Shown here piece by piece: positions 1-18,659 of a stretch of 64,000 bases of DNA (its first letter is position 1; each line of letters starts with the position of its first letter). The stretch lies in assembly GCF_009914755.1 (NCBI RefSeq), contig NC_060928.1. One strand, given 5' to 3'. The stretch is from the human T2T-CHM13v2.0 reference genome, Homo sapiens. Made by a program: the position numbers and the translations under genes. The notes beneath the pieces are model-generated. The model was not told where the DNA came from. It did no database searches and worked only from the letters and a program-made list of their open reading frames with translations.

Positions 1-830
1 CAGTTGTTTGGTGTCTGGTCAGTGCAAACCTGGGCTGTGGGGCTTGATCAGTGGAGACCTGGTCAGCTGGGGCTCAGTGCTGGTCTGGTCAGCATGGGCT
101 GGGGCACTGGTGACCAGGTCAAGGGGTGCTATTCAGTGGAGGACTGGGCACATGGGACCTAGTCAGCAGACCCTGGTGGGTGTGTCCTCATCAGTGAGGC
201 CCTTGTCAGTGGGACCTAATCCGTAGCGTCCTGGTCAGAGAGGACTTGGTCAGTGGTGACTTTTGTAGCACTGGTCTACAGGGTGACCTGGTCAGCAGGG
301 ATCTCAGCATTTGGTGCTGGTTCAGTGGGGTCTACTCACTAGGGTCCCAGTCAGGGGCATCTGGTGACCTTAGGCCTGGTTATTAGGGGCCTGATCAGTG
401 ACAACCTGTTCCCTGGAGGCCTGGTCAGTGGGGCCTCATCTTTGGGGCCAGGGAATGAGGTCATGATCAGTGGAACCTGATCAGTGAGGCCTTATCAATA
501 ATCACCTAGTCAGTGAGGACTTGTCAGTAAGGACTTGGTCCGTGAGGCCTTGTCAGTGAGGCCTTGTCAGTAAGGTCCTGGTCAGTGGAGTCCTTGTCAT
601 TGTGTGCCTGGCAGTGGGGGCCTTGTTAGTGGGGCCTGGTCATGAGGGTCTAATCAGTGAGGGTGCTGTCAGGGAGGACCTGATGTGCGTGGTCTGGTCA
701 GCAGGGACCTGGTCAATGTGGGCTGCTGAGCACTGCTTGGATAAGCCAGGTGCAATGTGCATTATTGAAGGCCCTGTGGACAGCTGGGATAGCCCAGTGA
801 TGCCCAAGGGCCTAGTCAAAAGTGGACAAA
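1..830. repeat. Degenerate GC-rich minisatellite-like tract of (GGCC/GACC)TGGTCAGTGG motifs
   Basis: GGTCAG/TGTCAG/GATCAG cores recur about every 15-30 bp, e.g. gacctggtcagc, ggcctggtcagtggggcc, gaggccttgtcagtgaggccttgtcag. Confidence 0.75.
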
Positions 831-1066
831 GCACGTGTTTGGATGGACTTGGGAGATCCTGCTCAGAGATTCTGACAGGACAAAGGTAAAGGAAAGACCA
901 GAGTGGCTGGAGAGATGGTCACAGTCTATGGGCTGCACAGGATGGAGGGGGCCAGGGAACAGGCAGGGTGGGCAGTTGGGGTTCAGAGAGAGGCAGGTGC
1001 ATGCTGGGAGGTCAGACCCTGTGAGGGCTTTGGGGGCGTCAGGTTGGGTAGGCTCCAGGCACTCTC

Positions 1067-4000
1067 ACTCACATAGGATTCCAGAACACTGCTACAAGGC
1101 TCTGAGTGTTTGTCCCTCACATAGGATTCCAGAACACTGCTGCCATTGTCTGAATGTTTGTCCCCCACATAGGATTCCAGAACACTGCTGCGAGAGTCTG
1201 AATGTATGTCCCTCACATATGATTCTAGAACATTGATGCTAGGGTCTGTATGTTTGCCCTTAACATATGATTTCAAAACACTGCTCCTGGATTCTGAATG
1301 TTTGTCCTTCACATAGGAATACAGAATACTGCTGCTGGAGTCTGAATGTGTGTCACTCACATAGAATTCCAGAACACTGCTGCGAGGATCTGAATGTTTG
1401 ACCCTCACATGGGATTCCAGAACACTGCTGCTAGGGTCTAAATGTCTGTCCCTCACATAGGTTTCCAGCACAATGTTATGAGGTTCTGAATGTTTGTCCC
1501 TAACATAGGATTCCAGAGCACTCCTGCTGTGCTCTGAATGCTTCTCCCTCACATAGGATTCCAGAACACTGCTACGAGGGTCTGAATGCTTATCCCTCAT
1601 ATAGGATTCCAGAACACTCCTGCTGTGGTCTGAATGTTTGTTCCTCACATAAGATTCCAGAACACTCCTGCCATGGTCTGAATATTTGTCCCTCACATAG
1701 GATTCCAGAACATTCATGCTGGGGTCTCAATGTTTCCCTTAACATAGGATTTCAGAACACTGCTCTTGGGGTCTGAATGTTTGTCCCTCACACAGAATTC
1801 TGGAACACTGCTACAAGGGTCTGAATGTTTGTCCTTCACATACCATTCTAGAACACTGCTGCCGTGGTCTGAATATGTCCCTCACATAGGATTCCAGAAC
1901 ACTGCTACTAGGTTCTGAATGTTTTTCCCACACCTAGGATTCCAGAACACTTCTGCTGGTGTCTGAATGGTTGTCCCTCACATATGATTCCAGGACACTG
2001 CTACGAGAGTCTTAATGTTTGTCCTTCACATAGGATTCCAGAACACTGCTTCCGTGGTCTGAATGTTTGCCCCTCACATGGGATTCCAGAACACTGCTGC
2101 GAGGGTCTAAATGTCTCTCCCTCATATAAGATTCCAGGACACTGCTACGAGGTTCTGAATGTTTGTCCCTCACATAGGATTCCAGAGCACTCCTGCTGTG
2201 TTCTGAATATTTGTCCCTCACATAGGATTCCAGAACACTGCTAAGAGGGTCTGAATGTTTGTCCCTCACATAGGACTCCAGAACACTGCCAAGAGGGTCT
2301 GAATGTTTGTCCCTCACATAGTATTCCAGAACACTCCTGCTTTGGTCTAAATGTTTGTTCCTCACATAGGATTCGAGAACACTCCTGCTGTGGTCTGAAT
2401 GTTTGTCCCTTACCTAGGATTCGAGAACATTCACACTGGGATGTAAATGCTTGCCCTGAACATAGGATTTCAGAACACTGCTCCTGGGGTCTGAAAGTTT
2501 GTCCCTCACATAGGATTCCAGAACTCTCCTGCTGTGGTCTGAAAGTTTGTACCACACATAGGATTCCAGAACACTGCTGCTGTGGTCGGAATGTTTGTCA
2601 CATAGATTTCCAGAACACTGCGGCTGGGTTCTGAATGTTTGTCCCTCACATAGGATTACAGAACACTGCTACGAGGGTCTGATTGTTGGTCCCTCACATA
2701 GGATTCCTGAACACTGCTGCTGGGCTCTGAATGTTTGTCCCTCACATTGGATTGCAGAACACTACTGCTATGGCCTGAAAGTTTGTCCATCACATAGGAT
2801 TCCAGAAAGCTCCTGCTGTGGTCTGAATGTTTCTCTGTCACATAGGATTCCAGAACACCGCGGCTGGGGTCTGAATGTCCCTGACATAGGATTCCAGAAC
2901 ATTGCTATGAGGGTCTGAATGGTTGCCTTTCACATAGCATTCCAGAACACTGCTACGAGGGTCTGAATGTTGGTCCCTCACACAGGATTCCAGAACCCTC
3001 CTGCTGGGGTCTGAAAGTTTGTCCCTCCCAAAGGATTCCAGAACACTGCTATGAGGGTCTGAATATTTGTCCCTCACATAGGATTCCAGAACACTCCTGC
3101 TGTGGTCTGAATGGTTGTCCCTCACATAGGATTCCAGAACACTTCTGCTGTGGTACGAATGTTTGTGTCTCACGTAGGATTCAAGAACACTGCTACGAGG
3201 GTCTCAATGTTTGTCCCTCACACAAGATTCCAGAACACTGCTTCTGGGGTCTGAATGCTTGTCCCTCACATATGATTACAGAACACTATTGCTGGGGTGT
3301 GAATGTTTGTCCCTCACATAGGATTCCAGACCACTGCTACTGGGGTCTCAATATCTGTCCCTCAAAAAGGATTCCATAACACTGCTACGAGGGTCTGAAT
3401 TTTTGTCCCTCACTTAAGACTGCAGAACACTGCTTCGAGGGTCTAAATGTCTGTCCTTCACATAGGACTCCAGAATACTGCTACGAGGGTCTGAAAGTTT
3501 GCCCCTCACATAGGATTCCAGAAGACTGCTGCTGGGGTCTGAATGTCTGTCCCTCACATCGGATTCCAGAACACTGCTGCTGGGGTTTGAATGTCTGTCC
3601 CTCACATAGAATTCCAGAAGACTGCTGGGAGGGTCTGAATGTTTGTCCCTCACATAGGATTCCAGAACACTGCTACAAGGTTCTGAATGTTTGTCCCTCA
3701 CATAGGATTCCCGAGCACTCCTGCTGTGGTCTGAAAGTTTTTCCCTCACATAGGATTCCAGAACACTGCTACGAGGGTCTGAATGTTTGTCCTTCACATA
3801 GGATTCCAGAACACTCCTTCTGGGGTCTGAATGTTTGTCCCTCACATAGGATTGCAGAATACTCCTGCTATGGTCTTAATGCTTGTCCCTCACATAGGAT
3901 TCCAGAACATTCATGTTGGGGTCTGAGTTTTAGCCCTTATCATAGGATTTCAGAACAGTGCTCTTGGGGTTTGAATGTTTGTCCTTCACATAGGATTTAA

Positions 4001-5015
4001 GAACACTCCTGCTGTGGTCTGAAAGTTTGTCCTTCACATAGGATTCCAGAACACTCCTGCTGTGGTTTGAATGTTTGTCCCTCACATAGGATTCCTGAGC
4101 ACTGCTGCCGTGGTCTGAATGTTTTCCCCTCACATAGGATTCTAGAACACTGTTGCTGGGGTGTGAATGTTTGCCCCTAAAATAGGATTCCAGACCACTG
4201 CTGCTGGTTTCTCAATGTCTGTCCCTCAAAAAGGATTCCAGAATACTGCTACGAGGGTCTGAATGTTTGTCTCTCACTTAAGACTCCAGAACACTGTTTC
4301 GAGGGTCTAAATGTCTGTCCTTCACATAGGATTCCAGAACACTGTTAGGAGGGTCTCAATGTTTTCCCTTCACATAGCATTCCAGAACACTGCTATGAGG
4401 GTCTGAATGTTTGCCCCTCACATAGGATTCCAGAACACTGCTGCTGGGGTCTGAACGTCTGTCCCTCACATAGGATTCTAGAACACTGCTGTTGGGGTTT
4501 GAATGTCTGTCCCTCACATAGAATTCCAGAACACTGCTGCGAGTGTCTGAATGTTTGTCCCGCAGATGGGATTCTAGAACACTGCTGCGAGGGTCTAAAT
4601 GTCTGTCCCTGACATAACATTTCAGCACACTGCTATGAGGTTTTGAAATGTTTGTCCCTCACATAGGATTACAGAGCACTCCTGCTGTGGTCTGAATGTT
4701 TGTCCCTCACATAGGATTCCAGAACACTGCTGCTGGGCTCTGAATGTTTGTCCCTCACATAGGATTCCAGAACACTGCTACGAGGTTCTGAATTTTTGTC
4801 CCTCATATAGGATTCCAGAACACTGTTACAAGGGTTTGAAAGTTTGTCCCTCACATAGGATTCCACAACACTACTGCTGGGGTCTGAATGTTTGTCCCTC
4901 ACATAGGATTCTAGAACACTCCAGCTGGCTTCTGAGTGTTTGTCCCTCACATAGGATTCCTGAAGACTGCTGCTGTCGCTATATTCATTGCGAGTGTCTG
5001 AATGTTTGACCTTCA
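1067..5015 (+). repeat. CER (D22Z3-type) 48-bp satellite array, about 80 monomers
   Basis: Tandem unit CACATAGGATTCCAGAACACTGCTACGAGGGTCTGAATGTTTGTCCCT (48 bp) repeated continuously; explains the 16-aa-repeat ORFs on both strands. Confidence 0.93.
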
Positions 5016-5146
5016 CCAAACACCAAATATCCTGGCCCTTTAGTCTTGAACTTTCCAGCCTCCAGATCTGTGAGCAATAATCTCTGTTGTTTATGAATTA
5101 CTCAGTCTAAAGTATTTTGTTATAGTAGCCTAAAGAGACTAAGAGA
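5010..5146 (+). mobile_element. MaLR LTR 3' end (MSTC/MSTD/MLT1A-like)
   Basis: ccttcaccaaacacc...ttccagcctccagatctgtgagcaataatctctgttgtttatgaattactcagtctaaagtattttgttatagtagcc...gactaaga matches the MST-type LTR terminus. Confidence 0.85.
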
Positions 5147-5199
5147 GCATCACCTGCCCTGTCACCTCATCACCGCATTACTGAAGCTATACTAACAAC

Positions 5200-6966
5200 A
5201 GTCACTTTTAGTGGGTGCTTCATGCATGAGAATAAAGGGAAAAAATTGCAAGGCATACTAAAATCCAAAAAAAGAAAAAACTACAATTTGTGTCAACAGA
5301 GCAAGCTTCAGAAGCAGACAAAGATATGATTTTGGAATTTTTTTTAAACCTCTGGAGACTATGCTAAGGACCTAACGAATGAAGTAGACAGCATTCAAGT
5401 GTAGATGGGTAATGTAATCAGAAAGACAGACATCGTAAGAACCTTCAACATAATGTAGTGATAAAAAATGTGGTAAATAACTGAAGAATACCTCTGATGG
5501 CTTATTAGTAGACTGGACTCAGCCGAGTAAAGAATCTCTGAGCTTGAGGATTTATCATCAGAAATTTCGAAAACTAAAGAAAAGACACACTGAAAAGAAC
5601 AGAAGATGATATCCAAGACTGTGGGACAACTACAAAAGGTGAAACAGAGTAATGAGAATACCAGGAGGAGAAGAAATAGAAGAAAGTTCTGCAACAACCA
5701 TGTCTGAGAACTTCCAGTGTTAATGTCAGACACCAAACCAAAGATCCAGGAAGCTCTGAGAACACCAGGCAGAATAAATGCCAACAACCTACACTTGGAC
5801 ATATAATTTTCAAACTATATGAAATAAAAGATAAAGGAAAACTCTGAAAGAAACCAGAAGTGGGGCAGAAAACACCTTACCTACAGAGACACAAAGATAA
5901 GAACTGCATTCAACATTGCAGAAACTGTGAAAGCAAGACAGTGAAATGAAAAATTCAAAATGTTGACAGAAAAAAACCCACCAACCTAAGTTTCTGTACC
6001 CACTGAAACCACCCTTCAAAAGTGAAGGAGAATTAAGGCCTTCCTCAGAAAAATAAAAATTCAAGAAACTTGTTGCCAGGAGACCTGTCTTGCAAGAAAT
6101 GTTAAATGAAATTCTTTAGAGGGAAACAAAAGATATATAACTGAAACCTGGATCAACATTTTTTTAAAAAGAGCATTAAAGAAAGAATTGTGGTACAATA
6201 AAAACCTATGTATTTATTCTTAATTGATCTGACCAAGAAGTTCATAGACAATAACAAATACACACAGATAGATTATGTATGCTTATACACAAGTGAAATG
6301 AGTAACACTAATACAAGGAATGGAATGGAAGGATGGGAGGGAGGAATTGTGGTACAATAAAAACATGTATTTATTCATAATTGATTTGACCAATAAGTTT
6401 GTAGATAATAATAAATACACACAAATAGATTATGTATGCTTATACACAAGTGAAATAAGGAACAATAATACAAGGAATGGAATGGAAGGATGGGAGGGAG
6501 GAATCAGGTGTTTTCTTTGTTAAGCAGGTAGTCACCCGTTAAGTGGGATAGTGTTATTTGAAAGTGGACTTGAATTGGTTGTAAATGTTACTGAGGAATT
6601 AGGTGTTTTGTTTGTTGAGCAGGTAGTCTTATTTGTGGGATAGTGGGATAGTGTTATTTGAAAGTGGACTTGAATTTGTTGTAAATGTATATTGCAAATT
6701 CTGTGGCAACTGGTTAAAAAAAAAGTTTTAAAAAGAGAAGTACGTGCTAAGAAAGACAGGGAAAATGGAGTCATCTAAAATCATCAATGAAAACTGCAAA
6801 AGGCAGAAAAAGAGTGGTAGAAAAAAGAATGAAGACTGAGGAGAATGAATAGAAAACAGTAACAAATATAGTAGATATTAATCCAATGATATCAATAATC
6901 ATTTTGAATGTTAATGGTATGAATGTACCAATTCAAAGATAGAGATTGTCAGAGTCTATCAAAAGA
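5200..6966 (+). mobile_element. Ancient L1M fragment (ORF1 to start of ORF2)
   Basis: A-rich degenerate L1 ORF1 motifs (caacctaagtttctgtacccactgaaaccacccttcaaaagtgaaggagaatt) and the endonuclease start (atatcaataatcattttgaatgttaatgg). Confidence 0.7.
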
Positions 6967-7686
6967 CAGACACATCTTGTTTCACTGCACTTTGCTTTAT
7001 TGTGTTTTGTGACCATGTGTTTTACATATTGAAGGTTTGTGGCCACCCTGCAATAAGCAGGTCTCACTGGCACAATTGTTCCTACAGCACGTGCTCACTT
7101 CATGTCTCTGTGTCACATTTCGGTTATTCTCACAGTATTTTAAGCTTTTTATTATTGAATCTGTTGTGGTGATCTGTAAGGAGTGATCCTTAATGCTACT
7201 GTTGTCATTGTTTTGGGAACCACAAATCACACCAGGATAAGACAGCAAACAATTGACAAATGCGTTTGTTCTGACTGCCCCACCAATGGGACATTTCTCT
7301 TTCTCTCACTTTTTCTCAGGCTTCTTTTTATTAATATTAAAATGTGGCCAATTAATAACCCTACAATAGCCTCTATATGTTCAAGCGAAAGAAGAGTTGC
7401 ATGTCTGTCACTTTAAACCAAAAGGAAGAAATAATTAAGCTTAGTGAGGAAGGCATGCTGTAAGCAAGACAGGTCAGTAGCTAGAACTCATGCAACAAAC
7501 ACTTAGCCAAGTTGTGAATGCAAAGGAAGTGTTCTGGAAAGAAATTTAAAGTACTACTCCAGTGAACACATGAATGATAAAAAGCTAAACAATCTTGCTG
7601 CTGTTATGAAGAAAGTTTAATTGGTCTAGATAGAAGATAAAAAAAAAAAAACAGAAAACATTCCATTAAGCCCAAGCCTAACTCTC

Positions 7687-7997
7687 TTTTTACTTATTTT
7701 TCTTTGTTTTTGAGACAGAGTTTCATTCTTCTTGCCCAAGCTGTAGTGCAATGGTGTGATCTTGGCTCATCACAACCTCTGCCTCCCAATTTCAAGCCAT
7801 TCTCCTGCCTCAGCATCCCGAGTAGCTGGGATTACAGTCATGCACCACCACGCCTGGCTAATTTTTTGTATTTTTAGTAGAGACAGGGTTTCTCCACGTT
7901 GGTCAGGCTGGTGTTGAACTCCCGACCTCAGGTGATCTGCCTGCCTCGGCCTCCCAAAGTGCTAGGATTACAGGTGTGACAGCCACCGCACCCGGCC
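7687..7997 (-). mobile_element. Alu (AluS)
   Basis: Full reverse Alu dimer with poly-T. Confidence 0.93.
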
Positions 7998-8850
7998 TCT
8001 CTTCAATTCTATGAAGACTTAGGTGAGGCAGCTGCAGAAGAAAAGTCTGAAGCTAGAAGAGCTTGTTTCTTGAGGTTTAAGGAAAAAAGTCATCTCCATA
8101 ACATAAAAGCACAAGATAAAGCAGCAAGTACTGATGGAAAAGCTGCAGAAAGCTATCTAGAAGGTAACTGATTAAGATGGCTACACTAAACAGATTTGCA
8201 ATGGAGACAAAACAGCCCTCTACTAGAAGGAGATGCCATCCAGGATGTTCCCAGCTAGAGTGGAGTTGATGCCTGGATTTAAGGCTTCAAAGGACACGCT
8301 GACTCTTTTGTTAAGGCCTAATGCAGTTGGTGATGTTAACTTGAAACCAATGATGATTTACTATTCTGAAAATCCAAGGGCCCTGAAGAATTATGATAAA
8401 ACACAGCTCTGCCTATACTCTACAAATGGGAACAAAGCCTGGATGACAGACTATCGGTTTACAAATATGGTTTACTGAATATCTTAAGCCCACTGTTGAC
8501 ACCTACTGCTCAAGAAATAAGATTCCTTTCAAAGTATTACCACTCACTGACAATGCCCCTGGACTCAAGGGCTTTTACAGAGATGTATAAAGAGCTGAAC
8601 ATTGTTTTCATGCCTACTAACCCAACATTCATTCTGGTGCCCTTGGATCAAAGAATAATTTCAACTTTCAAGTCTTATCACTTAAAAAATATATTTCATA
8701 AAGCTATAACTTCTCTAGAAAGTGATTCCTTTGATGGATATGGGCAAAATAATTGAAAACCTACTGGAAAGGATTCACCATTCTAGATGCCATTGAGAAC
8801 ATTCATGATTTAAAAAAGAAGATCAAAATAGCAACATTAGGAGAAGTTGG

Positions 8851-9198
<348 letters not shown>

Positions 9199-9737
9199 TC
9201 ACGACTTCTGTGGAGGAAGTAACTGCAGATATGGTGGAAATAACAAGAGCACTAGAATCAGAGACAGAGCCTGAAGATCTGGCGAGACTGCAGCAGTCTC
9301 CAGAGAAAACGTGAGTGGATGAGTTGCTTCCACGGATGAGCAAAGAAAGTGGTTTCTTGAGATGAAATCTACTCGTGGTGAAGACAGTGTAAACAATGTT
9401 GAGATGACAACAGATTTAGAATAAACTTAGTTGGTACAGCAGAAGGAGGGCTTGACAGAATTGAACCCAACGGTTTACAATAATACATAAACTTAGTTGG
9501 TACAGCAGTACGAAGGTTTGACAGCATTGAATCCAATTTTGAAAGTTCTACTGTGGGTAAAAAGCTATCAAACAACATCGTATGCTACAGATAATTCTTT
9601 TGTGAAAGGGAGAGTCAATTGACACAGCAAACTTCAATGGTGTCTTATTTTAAGAAATAGCCACAGCCACCCCAACGCTCAGCAACCACCACCTTACATT
9701 AAGGCAAGACCCTCCATCAGCAAGAAGACTGAAACTT

Positions 9738-10003
9738 GGCCAGGTGCAGTGGCTCACAACTGTCATCCCAACTCCTTGGGAGGCCAAGGTGGGTGGATTG
9801 CTTGAGCCCAGAACATCAAAGCAACATGGCAAAACCCCATCTCTACAAAAAAAAAATACAAAAATTAGCTGGACATGGTTGCATGCACCTGTAGTCCCAG
9901 CTAGTCAGGAGTCTGAGGTGGGGGTTTGATTGAGCATGAGGTTGAGGCTGCAATTACTCCAGCCTGAGCCACAGAGTAAAACCCTGTCACACACACAAAA
10001 AAA
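9738..10003 (+). mobile_element. Alu (AluJ-like)
   Basis: Diverged Alu with ttgagcccag J-type positions. Confidence 0.88.
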
Positions 10004-10288
10004 GATTGCAGCTTTCTGAAGGCTCAGATGACTGTTAGCACATGTTAACAATAAAGTATTTGTAAATTAAAGTGTGCACACTTTGTAGACATATGCTATT
10101 GCACACTTTATACAGCACAATATAAACATACTTTTACATGCACTGGGAAACCAAAAGAGATTGTATAACTCACTTTATTGTAGTGGTCTGGAACCGAACC
10201 CAGATATATCTCTGATGCATGGCCGTCCTGTATTGTACACTTAAAAAAAAAACTTAAGAGGATATATTTTAGGTGAAATGGTCATCTC

Positions 10289-10580
10289 ATTTTTTTTTTG
10301 AGATAGATTCTCACTCTGTTGCCCAGGCTGGAGTGCAGTGGCACGATCTAGGCTCACTGCAAGCTCTGCCTCCCGAGTTCACACCATTATCCTGCCTCTG
10401 TCTCCCGAGTAGCTGGGACTACAGGTGCCCGCCATCATGCCCGGCTAATTTTCTGTATTTTTAGTAGAAACGGGGTTTCACTGTGTTAGCCAGGATGGTC
10501 TTGATCTCCTGACCTCATGATCCACCTGCCTTGGCCTCCCAAAGTGCTGGGATTACAGGCGTGAGCCACCACTCCCGGTC
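10289..10580 (-). mobile_element. AluY
   Basis: gcaagctctgcctcccgagttcacaccatt and tgttagccaggatggtc diagnostics; flanking tctcatttt duplication. Confidence 0.9.
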
Positions 10581-10705
10581 TCATTTTTTAAAAAGGGTGA
10601 GAATGAGAAATATATGGGGAGTGATGGTCAAGTTTACGGCATTATTTGTTGTGATGAGACCTGGGGCGAATACTTATCTCTATACTCATTAAGATGTATA
10701 TATTC

Positions 10706-11037
<332 letters not shown>

Positions 11038-11041
11038 TTAA

Positions 11042-12168
<1,127 letters not shown>

Positions 12169-12344
12169 TAAAATTTACATTTCTGAGTTAAGAATGCTTA
12201 AAATATTATAAAAACAGAAGCACAATTCATTATGGGTTTCATTAATTACCTTTATTAAAAACAACACAATTATATTGCAATAGGACAAAAAATGTTTAAG
12301 CAAATGAAAACCATGACATACCCAAACTCAGGAGGAGGCAACAA

Positions 12345-14997
<2,653 letters not shown>

Positions 14998-15208
14998 AGT
15001 TGAGTGTCCCTTATTTGAAATGCTTGGGATGTATTTCAGATTTTGTAATATTTGCATTATTCTTACTGGTTGAACATCTCGAATTCAAACACCCGAGTCT
15101 GAGATGCTCCAATAAGCATTTCCTTTGAGTGTCATGTTGGCACTCAAAAAGTTTCAGACTTTGGAGCATTTGGGATTTCAGATTTTTGGATCAGAGACAT
15201 TCAACCTA
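14998..15208 (+). mobile_element. Tigger4/MER46 non-autonomous DNA transposon
   Basis: cagttgagtgtcccttatttgaaatgcttggg...ttcaaccta terminal repeats; internal gagcatttgggatttcagatttttgg. Confidence 0.8.
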
Positions 15209-16309
15209 TAGTAGCTCATCATGTATCTCATAAGAAGTGAACATTCAGAATACGTAAAGAACTCCTACAGAGAGACTACCAGAAGCAGAGAGGAGCAAAC
15301 ACATTTTCACACTAGGGCACCTCCTATCTCTCCTGGATTCTAATTAGGGCAGAGTAAGTGCTAGTTCTCTGCCAACCCAGGATTAGGCCCTGCAACTGCA
15401 GTGAAAATAATCACAGAAGAAAACTAAGAAATAAAAAATGGAGAAAGTGAGACATCAAACTAGAATTACTAGAAACCCCCAGGAAGAAGGAAAAAAAAAA
15501 ACCCAAGAAAACAGAAAAACAATCAAACGAGTTAATTAAACCTTGTGGTGCGACCCGAAGATCAGGGTTTCCTAAAGGAGTGGAAATTTATTGACTTGAA
15601 GAGTATTTATTGATTACTGATTTGAAGAGGAAGAAAAACCATGAATGGTCTAAAGCAAAAGCCTAGTGTCTGAAGAAGTCAGTAGGGTGAAAACAAGAGC
15701 TGGCCAGAATGTCCACAGATGGTGACAAGTTTGCAAAGCCTTTACTAGACTACTTGTGAGGTTAACTAGAGGCCAAGGAGCCAATACTGCCCCTGTCCTT
15801 ACAGAGAGACCCTACACAGTATTCCCAGATATACATGGAAGGACAACATCTTATCAGCTCCTCTCTGTGCAGATGTGGTTATCATTCCAAATAATGAGCT
15901 CCAGCCCCAAGACCGTTCCATCCTCAATTGCTTTGAGTGGGCAATGTAGGCTCTCCACACACGAGCTACATGTAGGTTCCTTGGGTACCCAGATGGGAGC
16001 CGTGAAACACAAACCCTCCATGGTCAGGTCCGTATCTGTTTCCTGCCTTTTTCCCAGCAATCCCCAGGCCTCAGCAGCAGTGGTCTACGTCTGCTGATTC
16101 TCATTCAGAATCTAAACTTAGAAACAATTAGAACCTAGACCCCAATTCTACCTGAAAGTAACAGAATAACATAATCTATACCCTGCAGCATGACTGTTTG
16201 CCCAACGTAATGAGGATGAACTGAGAGATAATGAATGATCATGACCCTGGCCCAAGTAACAAGAATGAACTGTGAAATAAATGAATGGTCATGACCAAAA
16301 AACTCCGCT

Positions 16310-17825
<1,516 letters not shown>

Positions 17826-17829
17826 AACA

Positions 17830-18650
17830 AACAAATAGAAAATAACTAGAAAAATGGCAGACCTAAATCCAACCTTAGCAATGATTAGTTACAATGTAAC
17901 TGGACAAATACTCTAGTTAAGACAGAGACTGCCAGACCTGAGAGGAAGGCAAGACCCAACAATATGGCATCCACAGAGACACAATTTAAACACAAAGACA
18001 CAAACAAAGTATGAGAAAAAATATGCTATGCAGACACTAATCGTAAAAATATGCTATTCAGACACTAATCAGAAAAAGCTTCAACAGAGATGTTAACACT
18101 AGATGAAAGAGGCTTCAGAACAAAATATATCACCAGAAATAAACAGGGTAATTTAATAAAAATAAAAGAATCAGAGACGATGATGTTACAATTATAAATT
18201 GTGCCTCAAAGTGCACACAAAGTACACACACACACACACACAGAGCCTCAACGTATGTGAATCAAAAACAACAGAACAAAAGCAGGAAATTGACAATTCA
18301 AAATTATAGCTGGTGAATTAATACTGCTCTCTCAGTAACTGATGGAACAACCAGATAAAAATATAGGAAAAATACGGATCTAAATGACAAAATCCTGACC
18401 CAAATGGTACTTGGCAGTACCAAGATAGACTCTATGTCGATCGATTGAGAAAAGGTTCAAGCCTGAAATAGTATACAAAGTATGTTGTCTGAACACTTGA
18501 AATTAAATTAGAAACCAACAACAAATTGATATCCAGAAAAGCCTCAAATGTCTGAAAGCCAAGTAATAAACTTTGAAATACCCTGTGAGTCAAAAAAGTA
18601 TTCACAAGGGGAACTGGAATGTATTTGGAACAAACTTGTTATAAAAATCT
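17830..18650 (+). mobile_element. Ancient L1M endonuclease-region fragment
   Basis: Degenerate ORF2 endonuclease motifs (gaaattgacaattcaaaattatagctggtga, aattaaattagaaacc). Confidence 0.65.
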
Positions 18651-18659
18651 CATTTCTGG

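Noticed and set aside
1067-5015. CRISPR-like regular repeat
   Set aside because: Head-to-tail satellite with no unique spacers, in primate DNA with no cas genes.
983-5019. Long 16-aa-repeat ORFs, including Cys/His-rich HRIPEHC...CPS resembling zinc fingers
   Set aside because: Artefact of a 48-bp unit divisible by 3; no C-x2-C-x12-H-x3-H spacing or TGEKP linkers, and frequent stops.
5140-5152. Target-site duplication for the MST LTR linked to CER
   Set aside because: Bases after the LTR end (gcatc) do not match those before TGCTRTGG in the monomers (actcc/actgc), so no TSD is claimed.
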